From assembly GCA_010909165.1 (NCBI GenBank), contig MU008213.1:224371-288370 (forward strand): a DNA stretch of 64,000 nt, in the 5' to 3' direction. Within the stretch, counting starts at the first letter, position 1, and the number at the start of each line of letters is the position of its first letter. The position numbers and the translations under genes were made by a program. This document shows, piece after piece, positions 60,853 to 64,000 of the stretch. The notes under the pieces were generated by a model, which saw only the letters and a list, made by a program, of their open reading frames with translations, did no database searches and had not been told where the DNA came from. Origin of the DNA: Anthoceros angustus. Lineage: Eukaryota > Plantae > Anthocerotophyta.

Positions 60853-63800
60853 ACAACCTCAAAAGCAGCATGGACGACTCTCTGCAACATATATGAGAAG
60901 AAGAGCTTGGTGAATGAGATGTTATTGGAGCAGCAATTGCCAACTTCAAGATGGTCGAGGGTGACACCATTCAACAACATGTCAACTTGGTGGATCAAAT
61001 GAAGGCGGCGGACGTCAAACCTTCTGAAAGAAAGGTTATCGTGGTGTTGCTGAGTAGCTTACCATCCGCATACAAGCAATTTGTGTTGGCCTTTAGAGCG
61101 TCGGTAGCGATGCGTCAAGCGACCAACCACCAACGCGTTGGATGAGGTGGTTGGGTTGCTCTACAAGAGGAGCTGGAGAATTCCTTCAAGAAGAAGAGAA
61201 TGGAGACACATATAATGAAGAAGTTGGGAGGAGACACATATAATGAAGAAGTTGGGAGGAGACACATATATAATGAAGAAGTTGGAAGGCACGAACTTCA
61301 CATTGTGGAAGTTGAAGCTGAAGATGCTTCTCATCGTGAGGACTATGAAAGTTCGGTGACAACGGCCTCGGAAAAACACCCACCGAGCGGACACCGAGAA
61401 AGATGGAAAAGGATTACGACAATCTTCTTAATGTGTTCGATGACATACTCTCAATTGAGTGAGTGTAGAAGAGCATTGATGACAATCCTTCTCAATGTGT
61501 CCATGACATACTCTCTCAATTGAGTGAGTGTAGAAGAGCATTGGCGACAATCCTTCTCAATGTGTCCGATGACATACTCTCTCAATTGAGTGAGTGTAGA
61601 AGAGCATTAATCCTTCTCAATGTGTCCGATGACATACTCTCTCAATTGAGTGAGTGTAGAAGAGCATTGGCGACAATCCTTCTCAATGTGTCCGATGACA
61701 TACTCTCTCTCAATTGAGTGAGTGTAGAAGAGCATTTCATTATCCTTCTCAATATGTCCGATGACATACTCTCTCAATTGAGTGAGTGTAGAAGAGCATT
61801 GGCCACAATCCTTCTCAATGTCCAATGACATACTCTCTCAATTGAGTGAGTGTACAACATCAAAAAGCGGCATGGGCGACTCTGCAACATATATGAGAAG
61901 AAGAGCTTGGTGAATGAGATGTTATTGGAGCAACAATTGCCAACTTCAAGATGGTCGAGGTGACACCATTCAACAACACGTCAACAAGTTGAAGTGGATC
62001 AAATGAAGGCGGCGGACGTCAAACCTTCCGAAAGAAAGGTTATCGTGGTGTTCTTGAGTAGCTTACCATCCGCATACAAGCAATTTGTGTTGGCCTTTAG
62101 AGCGTCGGTAGCGATGCGTCAAGCGACCAACCACCAACGTTGGATGAGGTGGTTGGGTTGCTCCTACAAGAGCTGGAGAATTCCTTCAAGAAGAAGAGAA
62201 TGGAGACTCGGTGCTCTTCTCAAAGAAGGGAACAACACGTGGGAAGACTTCACAAGCCAACTCAAGAAGGATCAAGGAGAAGGTGCGAAGAAAAGGTGTG
62301 GGGTACTTGCCATTATTGCAAAAAGCCTAATCACTATGCCAAGGATTGTAGGACAAGGTTGGTGACTTGAAGAAGGAAAGGTCACAAGCCAATCAAGTGA
62401 GTGAGAAGGAAGAACATCTTTTATTTGTCTCAACCGTAGAAAGAGTACGACTCCCATCAAAGAAGGATGAGAGTTTGTACCTCGACTGAGCATCTCAACA
62501 CTTCACCTACAACCGGCCTTGGTTCTCAAGCTATGAAGAAATGCCGGCGGGGCATAAAGTGGCACTTGGAGACAATAGGTCACACGAGATCAAAGGAAGA
62601 GGTATGATCAAGGTTCAACTCCCTGGAGGGCCATCCAAAGGTACTATCAAGGATGTGCACAATGTGCCTGGTCTTGCAAAGAATCTTCTTTCAATAGCAA
62701 GTATCACTGACCCTGGGAATGAGATTGTATTCAACTCGAGGGCAAGTCCCATCCAACCCGAGCAATTAGAATCACCTAATGTCAAGGTGATAGCTCGAGG
62801 TATTTGGGAAGGCAATCTCTACAAGTTATGTGCTTCTGTAGGTGATCAACAAGCTTGCACATTTGTGTCAAGCTCACCTAAAAGCACTGGGTCAGTAGAT
62901 TTGTGGAATCAATGCTTGGGGCACAATTAAGTGGACAACATCAAGATGATGATGAATCAACAAATGGTGACCGACTTGGATTTAAAGGAGATTGATGAGC
63001 TGCGATTATGCCAAGGGTGCATGATACGAAAGCTTCACCGAACCAAGTTCCCAAGGATTGGAGCGCGTTGAGTAGCAAAGGTGTTGGAGCTTTTACATGC
63101 CGCTGTGTGTGGACCAATGAAGAACCCTACCCATAGAGGAGCCCGCTACATTCTAAACACCATAATATTTGAAGCGGCTGAATATACATGACGGCGGTGA
63201 ATATCTGACAACGGGGTTTTCAATGGGTATCGAAGGCCATATTTGAGCATACCTGCGAAGATGGCATAATAAGGGTGTGACGCCCTACACATGCTATGAC
63301 ATATACATGCAGGAAGGTCCGTCTAATCGAGCATTGTTTTGCTAGAAACGATGCCCATGTCCTTAGACCATGCGATACGATTAGGATCCGTTAATGACCC
63401 GAACAGCGACCCACAGGGCCCCTTTGGAGGGAATGCGTACACATATGTATACTCTCTTGCTATACACCCATATATGCACATGGTGGGCGAGGTTTTGAAC
63501 AACGATAGCGGTTAAAAGGGCGGCGAGCGGAAGCTGATCGGCGCGGCATGCGGCGCCCACGTCCGCCCGAGGACTTGTCGAGGCAGCGTGTAGGCGCGTA
63601 GCGTTGAATGACTTTCGATGCCAAGTAGGACTCACTTCTTCAAGCAGTTTAAGCGCATCGCTGCCTTAAGGACTAGTCATTTGCCGGGCACCGATCGAGG
63701 GGCGAACATACAAAATGAACAAAAGTTGCTTCTTCCTCAGTGGCTGTGGACAAGGCACCTTGCACGCCTCCCACTCCCTCTACCGGGCGCTGCTCTTTTT

Positions 63801-64000
63801 CCTCCTCCTTCGCTTCGCCACTTGGTTTTCCTTCCTCGCCACGCCCTGACTGACCGACGCCGCCCACCGACAACAGAGACTCGGCCCAGAGCTGTGCATG
63901 CGCTGCGCCTCACTCCCGACGCCCCGGCTCGAAATTCTCATGCTGGGGCCGGGTGGTCTGCCTCTCGGCCCTGCCGTCGGCAACCCGCCCGCCACTAGGG

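Larger units (their letters stand above)
60170..63155 (+). mobile_element. Ty1/copia gag-protease-preintegrase remnant with a duplicated gag and internal tandem repeats
   Basis: EGTNFTLWKLKLKMLL, KAAWTTLCNIYEKKS, VLLSSLPSAYKQFV, CCHC knuckle CHYCKKPNHYAKDC, VALGDNRSHEIKGRG..VPGLAKNLLSI, DLWNQCLGHN, CQGC, LELLHAAVCGPM; breaks off near 63155. Confidence 0.9.

Noticed and set aside
60401-61855. CRISPR-like array
   Set aside because: The units are contiguous 66-bp tandem copies with no unique spacers, they lie in frame in a copia gag, and the genome is eukaryotic with no cas genes.
1-64000. tRNA, rRNA or snoRNA genes
   Set aside because: No cloverleaf, rRNA-conserved segment or convincing C/D or H/ACA box pair recognised by eye.

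Overview
Eukaryotic nuclear DNA from a land plant. The evidence is short GT-AG introns plus plant-specific genes (PLS- and P-class PPRs, RUS4, a POLLUX-like PEC channel, B12D). The compact, GC-rich gene core suggests a seed-free plant such as a hornwort or lycophyte, but that is inference only. The core (15.3-55 kb) holds about 11 conserved genes: calcineurin-B-like EF-hand, BNR/Asp-box, P-class PPR, PEC channel, DUF829, RUS4, proteasome alpha-1, PAK1IP1/MAK11, B12D, GGCT/ChaC and TatD, followed by ATG7. After ATG7 lies the most unusual gene (minus strand, ~52.0-54.8 kb). It encodes a ~840-900 aa protein with an N-terminal helical domain, a U-box, a TPR-like hairpin and five tandem calmodulin N-lobes (10 EF-hands), i.e. 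a candidate Ca2+-switched E3 ubiquitin ligase. Decayed paralog pieces lie 4-5 kb away. Both flanks are repeat-rich. The left flank (1-13.3 kb) is a mosaic of a deleted Ty1/copia element, a divergent intronless AT-rich CLP1 RNA-kinase gene and a PPR fragment, repeated through short microhomology junctions with uneven indel noise, so the copy number may be an assembly artefact. The right flank (55-64 kb) has a PLS-PPR pseudogene, a decayed inverted paralog of the same PPR-CLP1 unit, and a copia element whose gag carries a 66-bp in-frame tandem expansion.
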